DNA of 58,729 bases from an uncultured archaeon (GCA_964373665.1 CAYJVM010000003.1:1-58729); one strand, 5' to 3'. Shown: positions 29,301 through 39,286, counted from the first letter of the stretch. Program-made: numbers and translations. Notes: generated by a model not told the origin, from the sequence alone.

Positions 29301-30627
29301 CAGCTCTCACTGCATCCTCAGGATAAGTGTATGTAGGAACTCCGTTGTCCTCCAAATGTTTTCTCATAACTTCAGTATACTCACCGCCGGCCGAAACTAC
29401 AATCAAAGGCTTTTTCTTCAGGTTATTTGCTTCGACTAGTATGTCAACAATGTCCGCCGCAATCAACGGCGTTTGTACCAGAACAATAACTAGAAGAACA
29501 TCAATTCCATTGTCTTTCATGCATGCGTCAATGCAAACCTTGTATCTTGCAGAAGTGGCGTCGCCAACCAAATCCAAAGGATTGCCCACGTTTATTATAG
29601 GCGGCAGTTTACTCTTCAATCCTTTCAAGGTTCCTTTACTAAGATGTCCTAGTTCAACCCCGACCTTTTCGGCAGCGTCAACAGCAAGAATTCCATAGCC
29701 TCCGCCATTTGTTATTACCTGTATTCTACCACCTTCCGGCTCGATACACTTTTCAAGGATCTTTGCATAGTCAAACATATCCTCCAGTGTCTCCGCCCTG
29801 ATTATCCCCGCCTGTTTAAAGGCGCCGAAATAAATCTCCGCACTACCTGCAAGCGAGCCTGTGTGCGACAATGCGGCCTTGGCACCCGCGTCTGTCACAC
29901 CACCTTTAATGGCTATAATAGGCTTTTTCTTTGAAACTTTTTTACAAACCTCCAAAAACCTCTTGCCGTCCTTGACTGCTTCTATATACAGGCAAATGAC
30001 TTTTGTCTTCTCGTCATCTCCAAGGTACTCGATCAAATCAGATTCATTGACATCCACGGCATTCCCATAGCTGATGAATTTTGCAAATCCATGCCCTTCG
30101 CTAGTTGCCAAGTCAACTATCGATGAGCCGATGGCGCCAGACTGGCAGACGAAGGATATCACACCTTCATTAGGTCTTGTGAGTCTGTATCTAGGCAGAA
30201 ACAAAGAGTCTATTTTAGAATAAGCATCAAACACTCCCAATGCATTCGGACCTATGACCCTTAACTTGTATTTTTTGATTACGGATTCTAACTTTCTTTC
30301 AAGCTTCATGTTTCCAACTTCCTTAAAGCCTGCGCTGTCTATTATTACATGCTGTATCTTCTTTCTCCCGCATTCGTCCAAAACTTTGGGAACCAGCTTT
30401 GCTGGAACAGCAATAATCGCCAAATCTATCTTCTCATCTATCTGCAGCACGGACGGGTAAGATCGGTAGTTCAGCACGCTGTCGACATTGGGGTTCACTA
30501 CAAATATCTTGCCCTTGTATCCGCTGTCTACAAAGTTTCTGAAAATCACATGGCCGACTTTGTTCGGGTCGCGCGATACGCCGATTATTGCTATGCTCTG
30601 AGCGTTGAAGAACTTGTCCAATGTCAT
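29269..30627 (-). CDS. acdA: Acetate/acyl-CoA ligase (ADP-forming) alpha subunit
   Basis: CoA-binding IIGVSRDPNKVG, QSGAIG, phospho-His SHTGSLAG, NPLDLVGDA. Confidence 0.93.
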   Translation of the reverse strand: MTLDKFFNAQSIAIIGVSRDPNKVGHVIFRNFVDSGYKGKIFVVNPNVDSVLNYRSYPSVLQIDEKIDLAIIAVPAKLVPKVLDECGRKKIQHVIIDSAGFKEVGNMKLERKLESVIKKYKLRVIGPNALGVFDAYSKIDSLFLPRYRLTRPNEGVISFVCQSGAIGSSIVDLATSEGHGFAKFISYGNAVDVNESDLIEYLGDDEKTKVICLYIEAVKDGKRFLEVCKKVSKKKPIIAIKGGVTDAGAKAALSHTGSLAGSAEIYFGAFKQAGIIRAETLEDMFDYAKILEKCIEPEGGRIQVITNGGGYGILAVDAAEKVGVELGHLSKGTLKGLKSKLPPIINVGNPLDLVGDATSARYKVCIDACMKDNGIDVLLVIVLVQTPLIAADIVDILVEANNLKKKPLIVVSAGGEYTEVMRKHLEDNGVPTYTYPEDAVRAVKQLVKYYNK

Positions 30628-30634
30628 TATACCA

Positions 30635-31108
30635 CTAGAATAATTTGAATTTACTCCTTATTTTATCTATTTCGCCATGGGTTAGACTTTCGATTATGAG
30701 CTTCACTTTTGTGATAAACTCCCGTGATTTTTCTATCATACCTTTTGTTTCGTCCTTAGTAATTTCAAAATCAACATAATACTGCTTATCTATCCGCTCT
30801 TCTTTGGCGGCTGAAATCATTTCATGAAGTTCATTTTCATTAAATAATCTTTTAAGCAGCAATATATTGTCCGTATGGTTCTCGCATTTTATGCCACATT
30901 TAAACAAAAGTGCGAGAAGGCAGTGATACATAGCATAATAAGACATAGATACAGACTCTTCCAAAAGGTTCGAGTCCAATAATATCTGAGAAGCTTTCAA
31001 TGAAGTTGCAGATTTTTCTAAACAAGATTTCATTATATCTTCAGAAGGTTCTACCAATTCAAGCTTGTTTTCGCTTTTAAGACTATTCAAAAAATCCTGC
31101 TTTTTCAT
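30635..31108 (-). CDS. HEPN domain protein (toxin)
   Basis: SYYAMYH, CENH, ERIDKQY; start trimmed to ATG 31108. Confidence 0.85.
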   Translation of the reverse strand: MKKQDFLNSLKSENKLELVEPSEDIMKSCLEKSATSLKASQILLDSNLLEESVSMSYYAMYHCLLALLFKCGIKCENHTDNILLLKRLFNENELHEMISAAKEERIDKQYYVDFEITKDETKGMIEKSREFITKVKLIIESLTHGEIDKIRSKFKLF

Positions 31109-31643
31109 AAAATGTTTCAACACCCTTGATAATAACATGATTTTTCACAATTTCCCTTATTAGAGAGTTATTGAGGTCAAATTTCCCAATTTTGAGGTTT
31201 ATTTTTCCACTTACCAGTTTGATATCCTCTTTAAGGGTATTGTCTTTAGTTTCGACGAACAAGTCAATGTCGCTGTCTTGCTTGGCGATAAATTTTGCAT
31301 AACTTCCAAACAGAATGATTAAATTTGACGGGGCTTTCGATATGACTTCTTTCAGAATTACACCAAGTTCAGGATATCTTTCTAACAGTTTGTTTAGTTT
31401 ATAGTTCTCCGACATGTAAACATAGTTTTTTGTTTTGAGAGTCTTCTTTAAAGAAAATACTTTATTTTTGCCCGCCATTTTGTAGTCCAGCACATTTTCC
31501 TTTGTCAGTTCTTCTACTTTCCGCAAGACTGTAGTATGCGAAGTGCCCAAGTTTTTGGCAATCCCCCTTATGTGGTTTTCGTTGTTTTTCAGCAAATCTA
31601 TGACGATTTCAAGCTTTGTATTATCGTAATATTTCTGTGCCAT
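31083..31643 (-). CDS. HTH + minimal nucleotidyltransferase (MNT antitoxin)
   Basis: HIRGIAKNL HTH; LFGSYAK...SDIDL. Confidence 0.88.
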   Translation of the reverse strand: MAQKYYDNTKLEIVIDLLKNNENHIRGIAKNLGTSHTTVLRKVEELTKENVLDYKMAGKNKVFSLKKTLKTKNYVYMSENYKLNKLLERYPELGVILKEVISKAPSNLIILFGSYAKFIAKQDSDIDLFVETKDNTLKEDIKLVSGKINLKIGKFDLNNSLIREIVKNHVIIKGVETFYEKAGFFE

Positions 31644-31772
31644 ATGGAATATTTATGAACCAATATATTTAAAGCATTCTAAATCGCACACGTACAAAAA
31701 TAAAATGTTGCTCTAGTCCTGGAAACAAGTTTTTTTGTAACATTTAAATCTCTTACTCTACTCTATTAAACT

Positions 31773-32549
31773 ATGGTAGCCCAGAATCAACTGCAATACA
31801 GAGAAGTTCCTGGTTTAGGACTCTACATAGCTCAAACCAAGGCATTAGATGCACAAGGCAGGCCTCTAGTCAACATAACATGGTACGATGCAAAGCTATG
31901 GACACAAGAAAGGAACTTGCTTCTCCCAACAAGCAGGCAATGGTCTGAATCAAGAGCTTATTTGGAGCAAGAACATCCGGACACAGAAAGAGACATGATA
32001 ACAGGTCCGGCAGAATGGACAGACAGCCTGATAGCATGGCCCAATGCAAATGGGAATTATGCAAGCAATCTTAATCCTATGCCAAATCCGGGAAAACACC
32101 CGCTGCTTATACAAGGCTCAACTGTATACAGAAAAGATGGAGGTTATGTAATAAATGGCGGAAAAAGAGTGGAATTGCCAAACTTGCCAAAAATATTTGG
32201 CAGACTAGATAAAAACATCCCAGAATTGGGGCTTGTAAATCAGGCTTACTTGTGGAGCAGTTCGAATACAGATTATGAAGAAGGACTTAGGGCTGTCTTT
32301 CGTGGCTACGGGTGGTTCCCTCGCGAGAGGCGGTTCGACGCGGGTGCGAACTGGTGGCCTTCGCTTTCGGGCTCGGTCTTGGGCTTTCGCCCCGCACGCA
32401 GAGGACTGGTCGAAGCTGAAGCTGAAAGAAAATTAGTTCAAATCGAGGAGCACGATTACTTGACTTTGATTGGTGCTATAAACTCGACAGAAGGCACACT
32501 AGAAGAGAGGCCTGCTACTGCAAGAGAAGTTCTATCCAAATATCAATAA
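31773..32549 (+). CDS. Putative DGR target protein 1 (CLec/FGE-like fold)
   Basis: AEWTDS and RAVFRGYGW...LGFRPAR FGE-type motifs; A-depleted segment. Confidence 0.72.
   Translation: MVAQNQLQYREVPGLGLYIAQTKALDAQGRPLVNITWYDAKLWTQERNLLLPTSRQWSESRAYLEQEHPDTERDMITGPAEWTDSLIAWPNANGNYASNLNPMPNPGKHPLLIQGSTVYRKDGGYVINGGKRVELPNLPKIFGRLDKNIPELGLVNQAYLWSSSNTDYEEGLRAVFRGYGWFPRERRFDAGANWWPSLSGSVLGFRPARRGLVEAEAERKLVQIEEHDYLTLIGAINSTEGTLEERPATAREVLSKYQ
32291..32395 (+). repeat. Putative DGR variable repeat VR1
   Basis: 6 A in 105 nt within an A-rich gene; core TTCGACGCGGGTGCGAACTGG resembles VR2/VR3. Confidence 0.72.
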
Positions 32550-32603
32550 CTTATTTCCTATTTACCAATTCTAATCTACGGTAGTCTGCTTACCAGTCCC
32601 AGG

Positions 32604-32659
32604 CTACACGCCTGTCCATAGCGCATTAGGGCTTTTTCCGTTTAGCCATGAAATACAGA
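32604..32659. repeat. Dispersed repeat copy 1 downstream of target 1
   Basis: 52/56 identical to 49193..49248; 43 nt exact (32617..32659). Confidence 0.95.
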
Positions 32660-32689
32660 ATAATAAACAAGGAAACACAATTTAATTTC

Positions 32690-33313
32690 ATGAAAGTCCT
32701 TCTTGGTAAAGATGCTGAAAGAATGCTTACGGGCATGCCTGTTGCCAAAAGCTTTCTAATTAAAAAGGAAAATGAGTTGGTAAAAATCAAAAAATTCCCT
32801 GTAGTTATGAAAATAATTTCATCTAAAGCCGTTCACAAGACTGATATAAGTGGGGTAAATGTTGTAAATAATCAAAAAGAAGCACAAGATACATTTACTA
32901 AATTCACGAAATTGGCAAAATTGAAAAAAATAAAACTAACTGGAATTCTTGTTCAGGAATACGTCAAAGGTAGGGAGTTCATAATTGGCATTAAGAATGA
33001 TTCTACGTTTGGCCATGTGATCATGTTCGGTGCAGGTGGTATTTTTGTCGAATCATTGAAAGATGTCGCTTTTAGAGTATGTCCTATAAATGAAAAGGAT
33101 GCGGAAAGCATGTTGTCCGATTTGAAAAATCAGTGGCTGATTTCAGGCGTGCGTGGACAGAAACCGATTAACTCAAACATAATTAAGCAGTTGCTGGTCA
33201 GAATCTCTAAAATCCCGCAGAGGCGTAGAAACATTGAGGAACTGGATATCAACCCATTGATAGCTGACGAGAAAGGCGCGAAAATAGTCGATGTTCGGAT
33301 AGTAGTAAGATAA
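32690..33313 (+). CDS. acdB: Acetate/acyl-CoA ligase (ADP-forming) beta subunit
   Basis: HKTDISGV, VQEYV, FGHVIMFGAGG, ELDINPL; likely start ATG 32690. Confidence 0.9.
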   Translation: MKVLLGKDAERMLTGMPVAKSFLIKKENELVKIKKFPVVMKIISSKAVHKTDISGVNVVNNQKEAQDTFTKFTKLAKLKKIKLTGILVQEYVKGREFIIGIKNDSTFGHVIMFGAGGIFVESLKDVAFRVCPINEKDAESMLSDLKNQWLISGVRGQKPINSNIIKQLLVRISKIPQRRRNIEELDINPLIADEKGAKIVDVRIVVR

Positions 33314-33321
33314 ACTAATGC

Positions 33322-34046
33322 TTAATGAGATCGGCGTAAAGTAGAGAAGAAAACAGGTTCATTAACAGTCGTTGTAAAAGATCTCAAAGGCTGGTTAACA
33401 GGGATATCTGAAATAAGGTAATTATCGATTCGGTTTGCCATACCTTCAGCAAATACCATGTCTGCATACCCGGCTACAAAATTTACGTTGTCTCTTCTTA
33501 TCATCTTCGGAGCCAAGCCTTCTTTATAAGACCGGTTCAATTCACAACCACTGGCCCCTATTATTATTTGCGACCCATCGAATATGTCAGTAACAGCCTC
33601 CCCGAGATATATATGCTCACTTTGAGGCAGGACTGCTCTCAAAACACGGATATTTCTGTCTGAATTCAATCCGTCATTATAGTCATTTGTTCCCAGATAA
33701 AGTCTATAGGCAGCTTTCTTTAGCGCATAAGGAAACAGGTTTTCTCCGTAGTCTTTGTAAACCCTTCCATTCGTCCTGGAGCATACGCCTCTTATTCTTC
33801 CTTTAGTATCTATAGCAACGAGCGTGTATCCTCCTTCCCATGGGGCAACCAATTCACCATCGTCTCTCCTAAACTGGGATTTGGCAACAGCATCAGCGGA
33901 GGATTCAAAATACGCTTGAAATCTTTCGTCAGCTACACCGCGAAGAGCATCGTCATTTATTGTGAGTCTATGTCATTTAGAAACAAACGCAGAGATCCAC
34001 CGGCTGCAATCCGAGCTAGAGTTTGTTGAACGTCTGTAACCGTCAT
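33322..34046 (-). pseudogene. Hypothetical gene with apparent 1-nt frameshift near 33970
   Basis: ATG 34046 (TTAAATAA upstream) stops at 33957; the second frame is open from 33972 to 33322 but has no ATG near its 5' end. Confidence 0.6.
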
Positions 34047-34076
34047 AATCCCAACTCGCATACCAATTATTTAAGG

Positions 34077-35210
34077 TTAACGTTTTCTGATCCTATCCTG
34101 CGCAATCTTCAATGCTGCATCCCTAGGCTTGATATTCTCTTTCTTCGCCCTATCCAAAACCAACTTTACGTTCTTCTTAATCTTCTGCTCTACAAGCTCA
34201 AACATTTTCTTCGGGTTGTAGCCCTTGTATTCTGCATACGAAGAAATTACACCGCCAGCATTGGCAACAAAGTCCGGCACAACTAAAACATTCCTCTTGT
34301 GAAGAATATCCTCCATTTCTGGTGTTGTCGGTATGTTGGCAGCTTCGACAACTATCTTTGCCTTGATTCTGTTTACGTTCTCTTTTGTTATTACGTCTGG
34401 CAACGCACTTGGAATTACGACGTCAACAGGCAGTTCAAAAATCTCCTTGTTAGGTAAAACTTTCCCTGTCTTGAAATTAGTCACACTTCCCGTCCTTTCC
34501 TTGACTTTCAACAGCTCTTTAATGTTCAATCCATTTTCATTATAAATCACGCCTTTGCTGTCGCTGACGGCCACTATCTTAGCGCCGAACTCAGATAGAT
34601 ACTGCGACGCAAATGTGCCCACATTGCCGAAGCCTTCTATTGCAACCGTTGAACCTCTAATATCCATCTCTCTATACTTGACGGCAACTGCAGTAGCATG
34701 AGCCACTCCAAATCCAGTCGATCCGAATTCATGCGGTATTCCACATTTCTCACCCGGCTTGCCGAACAGATTCATGCAGACTTTGGCTGGCTTGCCCGTA
34801 CACGACCTCCAGTCACCATTAGCCTCAAAGAACCACTGCATCTCCTGCTCTCCGGTGTTGACATCAGGTCCTGCTATATACTTCTTCGGAACCAAGGGCT
34901 TCAATGCTTTGGAAAAAGACTGTATCAATTCTTTCTTCCTGTCTTTATTCCTGATGTCTGCAGCTGACGCGTTGATGCCAGCCTTTGCGCCGCCAAACAG
35001 AAGCTCTGCAAGCGCATTCTTCCACGTCATTGTCCTCGCCAGCCGGAAAACCTCAGTCACATCAACAGTGGGTGTCATCCGAATGCCGCCCTTACCCGGA
35101 CCTAGCGAAGTGGAGTCAATCACAAGCACTCCCTTCAACCCAATTTTCTTGTCATAAACTTCTACAACATACTCTGGGCCGAAATCGTCTGCAAAATTTT
35201 CAAGCTCCAT
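34077..35210 (-). CDS. gdhA: Glu/Leu/Phe/Val dehydrogenase, probably glutamate dehydrogenase
   Basis: GKGGIR, FGGAKAG, GPDVNT, EGFGNVG, EAAN, NAGGVISS. Confidence 0.88.
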   Translation of the reverse strand: MELENFADDFGPEYVVEVYDKKIGLKGVLVIDSTSLGPGKGGIRMTPTVDVTEVFRLARTMTWKNALAELLFGGAKAGINASAADIRNKDRKKELIQSFSKALKPLVPKKYIAGPDVNTGEQEMQWFFEANGDWRSCTGKPAKVCMNLFGKPGEKCGIPHEFGSTGFGVAHATAVAVKYREMDIRGSTVAIEGFGNVGTFASQYLSEFGAKIVAVSDSKGVIYNENGLNIKELLKVKERTGSVTNFKTGKVLPNKEIFELPVDVVIPSALPDVITKENVNRIKAKIVVEAANIPTTPEMEDILHKRNVLVVPDFVANAGGVISSYAEYKGYNPKKMFELVEQKIKKNVKLVLDRAKKENIKPRDAALKIAQDRIRKR

Positions 35211-35264
35211 GACATAACTATATATTACCTGAATAAAAACTTTGTATTTAGGCCACAGGATTGC

Positions 35265-36404
35265 ATGAAAAAGATAAAGTATCCTTATGAATTCGACCCG
35301 AAGAAAAGGAAGATGGCAAAAGATTACAGAAGGGGCAGAATTCTCATATATGTGTTCGGTTCGTTGCTGTCATTAAGCATGTTTCTTTTCATATTGTCCA
35401 CAGGCTACCACATTGTCCTTAGAGATATAGCAATGCAGCATCCTTTCCCTGTACTGCTTTACGGTTTGGCGATATTGTTGATTCTCACATTCTTCAAACT
35501 TCCGCTGACTTTCTATTCAACATACGTCTACGAACACAAATTCAAGCTATCCCGTTACAACATCTCGTCTTGGCTCAATGACGTTGTGAAAATGACCCTG
35601 ATAGGCTATGTGTTTTCATTGATTACAATATATTTCCTCTACTTGACAATACAAAATTTCTTCCCATGGTGGATTTACGCCGGGATCCTTTACATAATTT
35701 TCATGGCGGCAATAAACTACATATATCCCATCATGATACTTCCGATTCTCTGGAAGGTCCATCCGTACAAGGACTTTAGGATGAAAAGGAAGATTCTGAA
35801 CCTATGCAGGAAGCTTGGCGTCACAGGCATAAGGAACATAGTAGTGATCAAGGAGAGCGAAAAGTCAGTCAAACCCAATGCTGTCTTCATGGGATTCGGA
35901 AATTCGAAAAAGATAGGCCTTTTCGACAATCTTCTGTCTAATTTCACCAAGGCGGAGATAGAAACTGTAATTGGACATGAGCTCGGGCATTATGTCAACA
36001 AAGACATCCTCAAAGGCATTTTGGTCGATGCCATATTGATATTCCCTGTTTTATTTGCCGTGGACTATGTTGTCAGAAATGCCGGCCCAGTTTTCGGAGT
36101 AGCAACAATAGGCGACATCGCATCCCTGCCGCTGATAATTCTGGCTTTCGGCATTTTAGAGTTCCTGCTTATGCCATTCATCAACGCATATTCGAGGCAT
36201 AGGGAGTCAGAAGCAGATGGGTTCGCACTAGATCATTTAAGTATGCCGTTGGCTCAGATATCGACGGAGAAAAAACTTGCTGACTTGAGCCTGTCTGATT
36301 TAAAGCCGCCGTGGATTGTGGAAATGTGGCTGTTCACGCATCCGGCGACATTCAGAAGGATAAGGATGGCCCAAGAGTGGAATAGGAAACACAGTAAATC
36401 TTAA
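35265..36404 (+). CDS. M48 family membrane metallopeptidase (Ste24-like)
   Basis: HELGH, ESEAD, THP. Confidence 0.9.
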   Translation: MKKIKYPYEFDPKKRKMAKDYRRGRILIYVFGSLLSLSMFLFILSTGYHIVLRDIAMQHPFPVLLYGLAILLILTFFKLPLTFYSTYVYEHKFKLSRYNISSWLNDVVKMTLIGYVFSLITIYFLYLTIQNFFPWWIYAGILYIIFMAAINYIYPIMILPILWKVHPYKDFRMKRKILNLCRKLGVTGIRNIVVIKESEKSVKPNAVFMGFGNSKKIGLFDNLLSNFTKAEIETVIGHELGHYVNKDILKGILVDAILIFPVLFAVDYVVRNAGPVFGVATIGDIASLPLIILAFGILEFLLMPFINAYSRHRESEADGFALDHLSMPLAQISTEKKLADLSLSDLKPPWIVEMWLFTHPATFRRIRMAQEWNRKHSKS

Positions 36405-36408
36405 ATTC

Positions 36409-36696
36409 TTGCACTACGAATACCAAAATATGGATTCGCCCCATCGAATAAAACCAATCCGATTATATAGGTTTTCAAGGTCTGATCCAAAAGAGCGTTT
36501 GTTGGAACTTAGAGCTTATAAAAGTGGTTTTCTAGATGTTTGCAATGCAACTGATTCTGAATTCTGGACTGATTACGAAACTGACGCTTATAGAGTAGGA
36601 TATACAGTCGCTATAGGAATAGTTCAAGAAGAAGGGCGAAATTCGCTTCAACACTATCTCAGGACTTTCGAAAAAGATATGGCTGAAGCTATTTAG
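36409..36696 (+). CDS. Hypothetical protein
   Basis: ORF filling the gap after the M48 gene. Confidence 0.5.
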   Translation: MHYEYQNMDSPHRIKPIRLYRFSRSDPKERLLELRAYKSGFLDVCNATDSEFWTDYETDAYRVGYTVAIGIVQEEGRNSLQHYLRTFEKDMAEAI

Positions 36697-36702
36697 GAAA
36701 TA

Positions 36703-36963
36703 TTAGGAGCACACAGTCGCATTTCCTCTTATGTCAAAACATTGGCAACTATGCGGAATGCCGGCACAATAGTATGCTGTTCCGCAGTCGAAACAGCCTT
36801 CCGGATAGTAGCTGAACTTGATTCCCACACATCCGCATTCTTTATTTTTTGGGAGGCCTGCGAGCCCGCCACTAGATGCATACTCTTTCGGAAACAGAAT
36901 GACTATTAAAGCTAGTGCGGCAAAACCGATTAACAAAAGGTTCTTGTCTTCCAATTTCATCAC
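36703..36963 (-). CDS. Membrane-anchored Cys-rich small protein
   Basis: N-terminal TM helix, then 8 Cys. Confidence 0.7.
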   Translation of the reverse strand: MMKLEDKNLLLIGFAALALIVILFPKEYASSGGLAGLPKNKECGCVGIKFSYYPEGCFDCGTAYYCAGIPHSCQCFDIRGNATVCS

Positions 36964-39149
36964 TTCTTTTTCTTTGCCACCCAGTCAGCGACAAATGTCG
37001 GATGTTGGCCGACGAGATAGTTGTATGCCTGTAGTGCAGCCTTGCATCCTTCACCTGCAGAAACCACTATTTGCTTGAAGGGCGTCTGTGTCAAATCACC
37101 CGCGGCAAATACGCCGGGTCTTATGTCTTCGGTATCCGGATAAAAAGTCTCTCCGTTGTTGCTGACAATAACCTGTCCCAGCTGGTCCAGCTTCACCAAG
37201 TGCTTGATGAACTCAGTCTTGGTCACTGAGCCTATTTCAACGAAAACTCCCGATATAGTGAGTTCCTTTTCCACTTTTGTGGAAACGTTCTGTACGATAA
37301 TTGAATGTACTGTATTCTTTCCTTTGATCTCCTTCACGACTGAATTGTAAAGTATCTCAATATTCTTCCTCTTCTTCACTTCTTCAATCAGATACTCGAA
37401 GCCACGGAACTGGTCGCGACGGTGAATCAGATAAACTTTAGGGCAGATTTTGCTCAGATATTCAGCACCTTCCAAAGCAGAATTACCACCCCCAACCACA
37501 GCCACACTCTTACCTTTGAATAGAGGTCCGTCACAATTGTGGACTATGGAATTAGTAGTTACATAAGTATTGTTTTCGGCTACAACCAAGTTATAAACTT
37601 CACCATTGTATCTTTCCTTTTTTATTTGGCGTATTGGAAGATATACATAACCACCCCTTATCCAAGCATGATGAGCCATTCTTTTCCTAGATTCTATCTT
37701 CCTGTGCTTTACTCCGAGTATTTTAGACATGCTTTCTAAGAATGGTCCACCTACTAAGAGTTGATATTTGTCATGTTTGAATTCTATCCTCCTTCCGTTT
37801 ATGTAGGTGGGCTTTAACTTTTCTAGCGGTATTTTTTCAACCGAAGGTATTATGTCTAGCCTTAGAAACAGTGATTTAATTTGTGCGCATAGTTTTTTAG
37901 AGTTTGTCGTTATTGAAAAATGTTTCTCGGCATTATAGCCGTCGCCTCTCCATATACCTTTAATCAATTCCTTTTGTTTTGCATTAGGTAAGAAAATCAT
38001 CCAATGTGGAATGCTCTTATTATAAGAGTATTTCCCAAACAACTTTCCGAACAACTTACCGACAAGTACAGAATAAACGCCTATTCTCAAGACGTTTTCA
38101 GCTACTTTCACCGAAGCTTTGATGCCGAATAAATTCTCAACGATTTTTACAATATCGTCTGCGTAATTTTCCTGCCCTTTTTGCAAGTATATGTTAATTC
38201 CTCTAGATGTTGTGCAACCGTCTGAGAGAAAATACCCAGCAAGCCTCATGAATTCTCTGTTTACGGGTATTTTGGAAGGGATGCTGTGGGAAGCATAAGT
38301 CGGTTTTTTATACGATACAACTTCGGTTCCAATCGGGAACCCCAGTCTTGTTATATTCAGAAATCTTTTGTCAATTATGTCAGTAATTATAGGATACAAT
38401 AGTATGTGTTTTTCAGTCAAGTTCCCAGCAGAAACCCATTCCGGTTGCTCCCATATAAAATTCCAATAGTTATTAGACGGGCCTTTATGTAGTTTTGTTG
38501 CAAGCACAGGATGATTCGGAGTTAGCTTCACATCACTTTCTCTAAAGAACCGTGTCTTAATTCTCACCAAGTCTCCGGCATATCTTCTTTTGACCGTCTT
38601 TATTACAGGTTTGAATGAACCATCGTGTGTTAGGATCAAATCAGATTGCTTTATTTCTGATATGGGTCTCAAAGAATTGTTAACAATTACGTCTGAATCG
38701 GATGGTAAACAAGTGACGCAATAAGAAACGCCTTTGGCGCCGAATTCCCCTTCTCCGGACACGTCCAAAGTCCTCGGCGTCTTGCCGTAGGATAGTATGA
38801 CACTCTTTGTCTTGTATGTGTTGGGCGCTGTTGTCTTCACTGAAAACATAGGCTTGCCGTCATTCGCATTCGGTGCCTCTTCCACGGCATTAACCTCTTC
38901 ATAAATAACCTCCGCTCCAGCCTTGATAGCCTGCTTCAACATCTTGTTCATCAGGGGAACTCCTCCTACACTGAGGAAGCCAGGATAGTTCTCGATCACA
39001 TCGGTCATCACAGCCTGCCCCCCGATGCTCTTGGCAATGATTAATGTCTTCATCGCCCTTCGTGCTGCGTAAATGCCGGCCGTCAAAGATGCGGCGGCGC
39101 CCCCGATGACGACTGTATCGTAGACGGTCTCGCCAGAAATTTTACCCAC
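36960..39149 (-). CDS. trxB: Thioredoxin reductase with intein in the CxxC
   Basis: VIGGAAA, GVSYCVT|..|CDG, VVGGGNSA, HRRDQFR, GVFAAGD; 337 aa after removing the intein. Confidence 0.94.
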   Translation of the reverse strand: MGKISGETVYDTVVIGGAAASLTAGIYAARRAMKTLIIAKSIGGQAVMTDVIENYPGFLSVGGVPLMNKMLKQAIKAGAEVIYEEVNAVEEAPNANDGKPMFSVKTTAPNTYKTKSVILSYGKTPRTLDVSGEGEFGAKGVSYCVTCLPSDSDVIVNNSLRPISEIKQSDLILTHDGSFKPVIKTVKRRYAGDLVRIKTRFFRESDVKLTPNHPVLATKLHKGPSNNYWNFIWEQPEWVSAGNLTEKHILLYPIITDIIDKRFLNITRLGFPIGTEVVSYKKPTYASHSIPSKIPVNREFMRLAGYFLSDGCTTSRGINIYLQKGQENYADDIVKIVENLFGIKASVKVAENVLRIGVYSVLVGKLFGKLFGKYSYNKSIPHWMIFLPNAKQKELIKGIWRGDGYNAEKHFSITTNSKKLCAQIKSLFLRLDIIPSVEKIPLEKLKPTYINGRRIEFKHDKYQLLVGGPFLESMSKILGVKHRKIESRKRMAHHAWIRGGYVYLPIRQIKKERYNGEVYNLVVAENNTYVTTNSIVHNCDGPLFKGKSVAVVGGGNSALEGAEYLSKICPKVYLIHRRDQFRGFEYLIEEVKKRKNIEILYNSVVKEIKGKNTVHSIIVQNVSTKVEKELTISGVFVEIGSVTKTEFIKHLVKLDQLGQVIVSNNGETFYPDTEDIRPGVFAAGDLTQTPFKQIVVSAGEGCKAALQAYNYLVGQHPTFVADWVAKKKK
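37536..38711 (-). mobile_element. Intein of TrxB (392 aa) with LAGLIDADG endonuclease
   Basis: C1 (CLPSD), LTPNHP, AGYFLSDG, IKGIWRGDG, VHN|C. Confidence 0.93.
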
Positions 39150-39285
39150 CCTTAAGCTTTAGGACAGCATCACACTGCCCGCACATGCCAGATTTCTTGT
39201 AAAACTTTTTGCACACCACGCATTCGAAAACAAGCTGAGTATAAGCGCCTACAATCTCGTTCTCATGTTGTCCTTTTTCAGGCAT
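39142..39285 (-). CDS. 47-aa CxxC-CxxC microprotein (not in ORF track)
   Basis: My translation MPEKGQHENEIVGAYTQLVFECVVCKKFYKKSGMCGQCDAVLKLKGG; overlaps trxB start. Confidence 0.7.
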   Translation of the reverse strand: MPEKGQHENEIVGAYTQLVFECVVCKKFYKKSGMCGQCDAVLKLKGG

Positions 39286-39286
39286 T

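Noticed and set aside
31773-32549. Active formylglycine-generating enzyme
   Set aside because: No catalytic Cys pair; only the fold-type ending is present.
32604-32659. preQ1 or fluoride riboswitch in the dispersed repeat
   Set aside because: GCTACAC and GGCGATG words are present, but the required P1 pairing and 3' A-rich or pseudoknot elements are missing.
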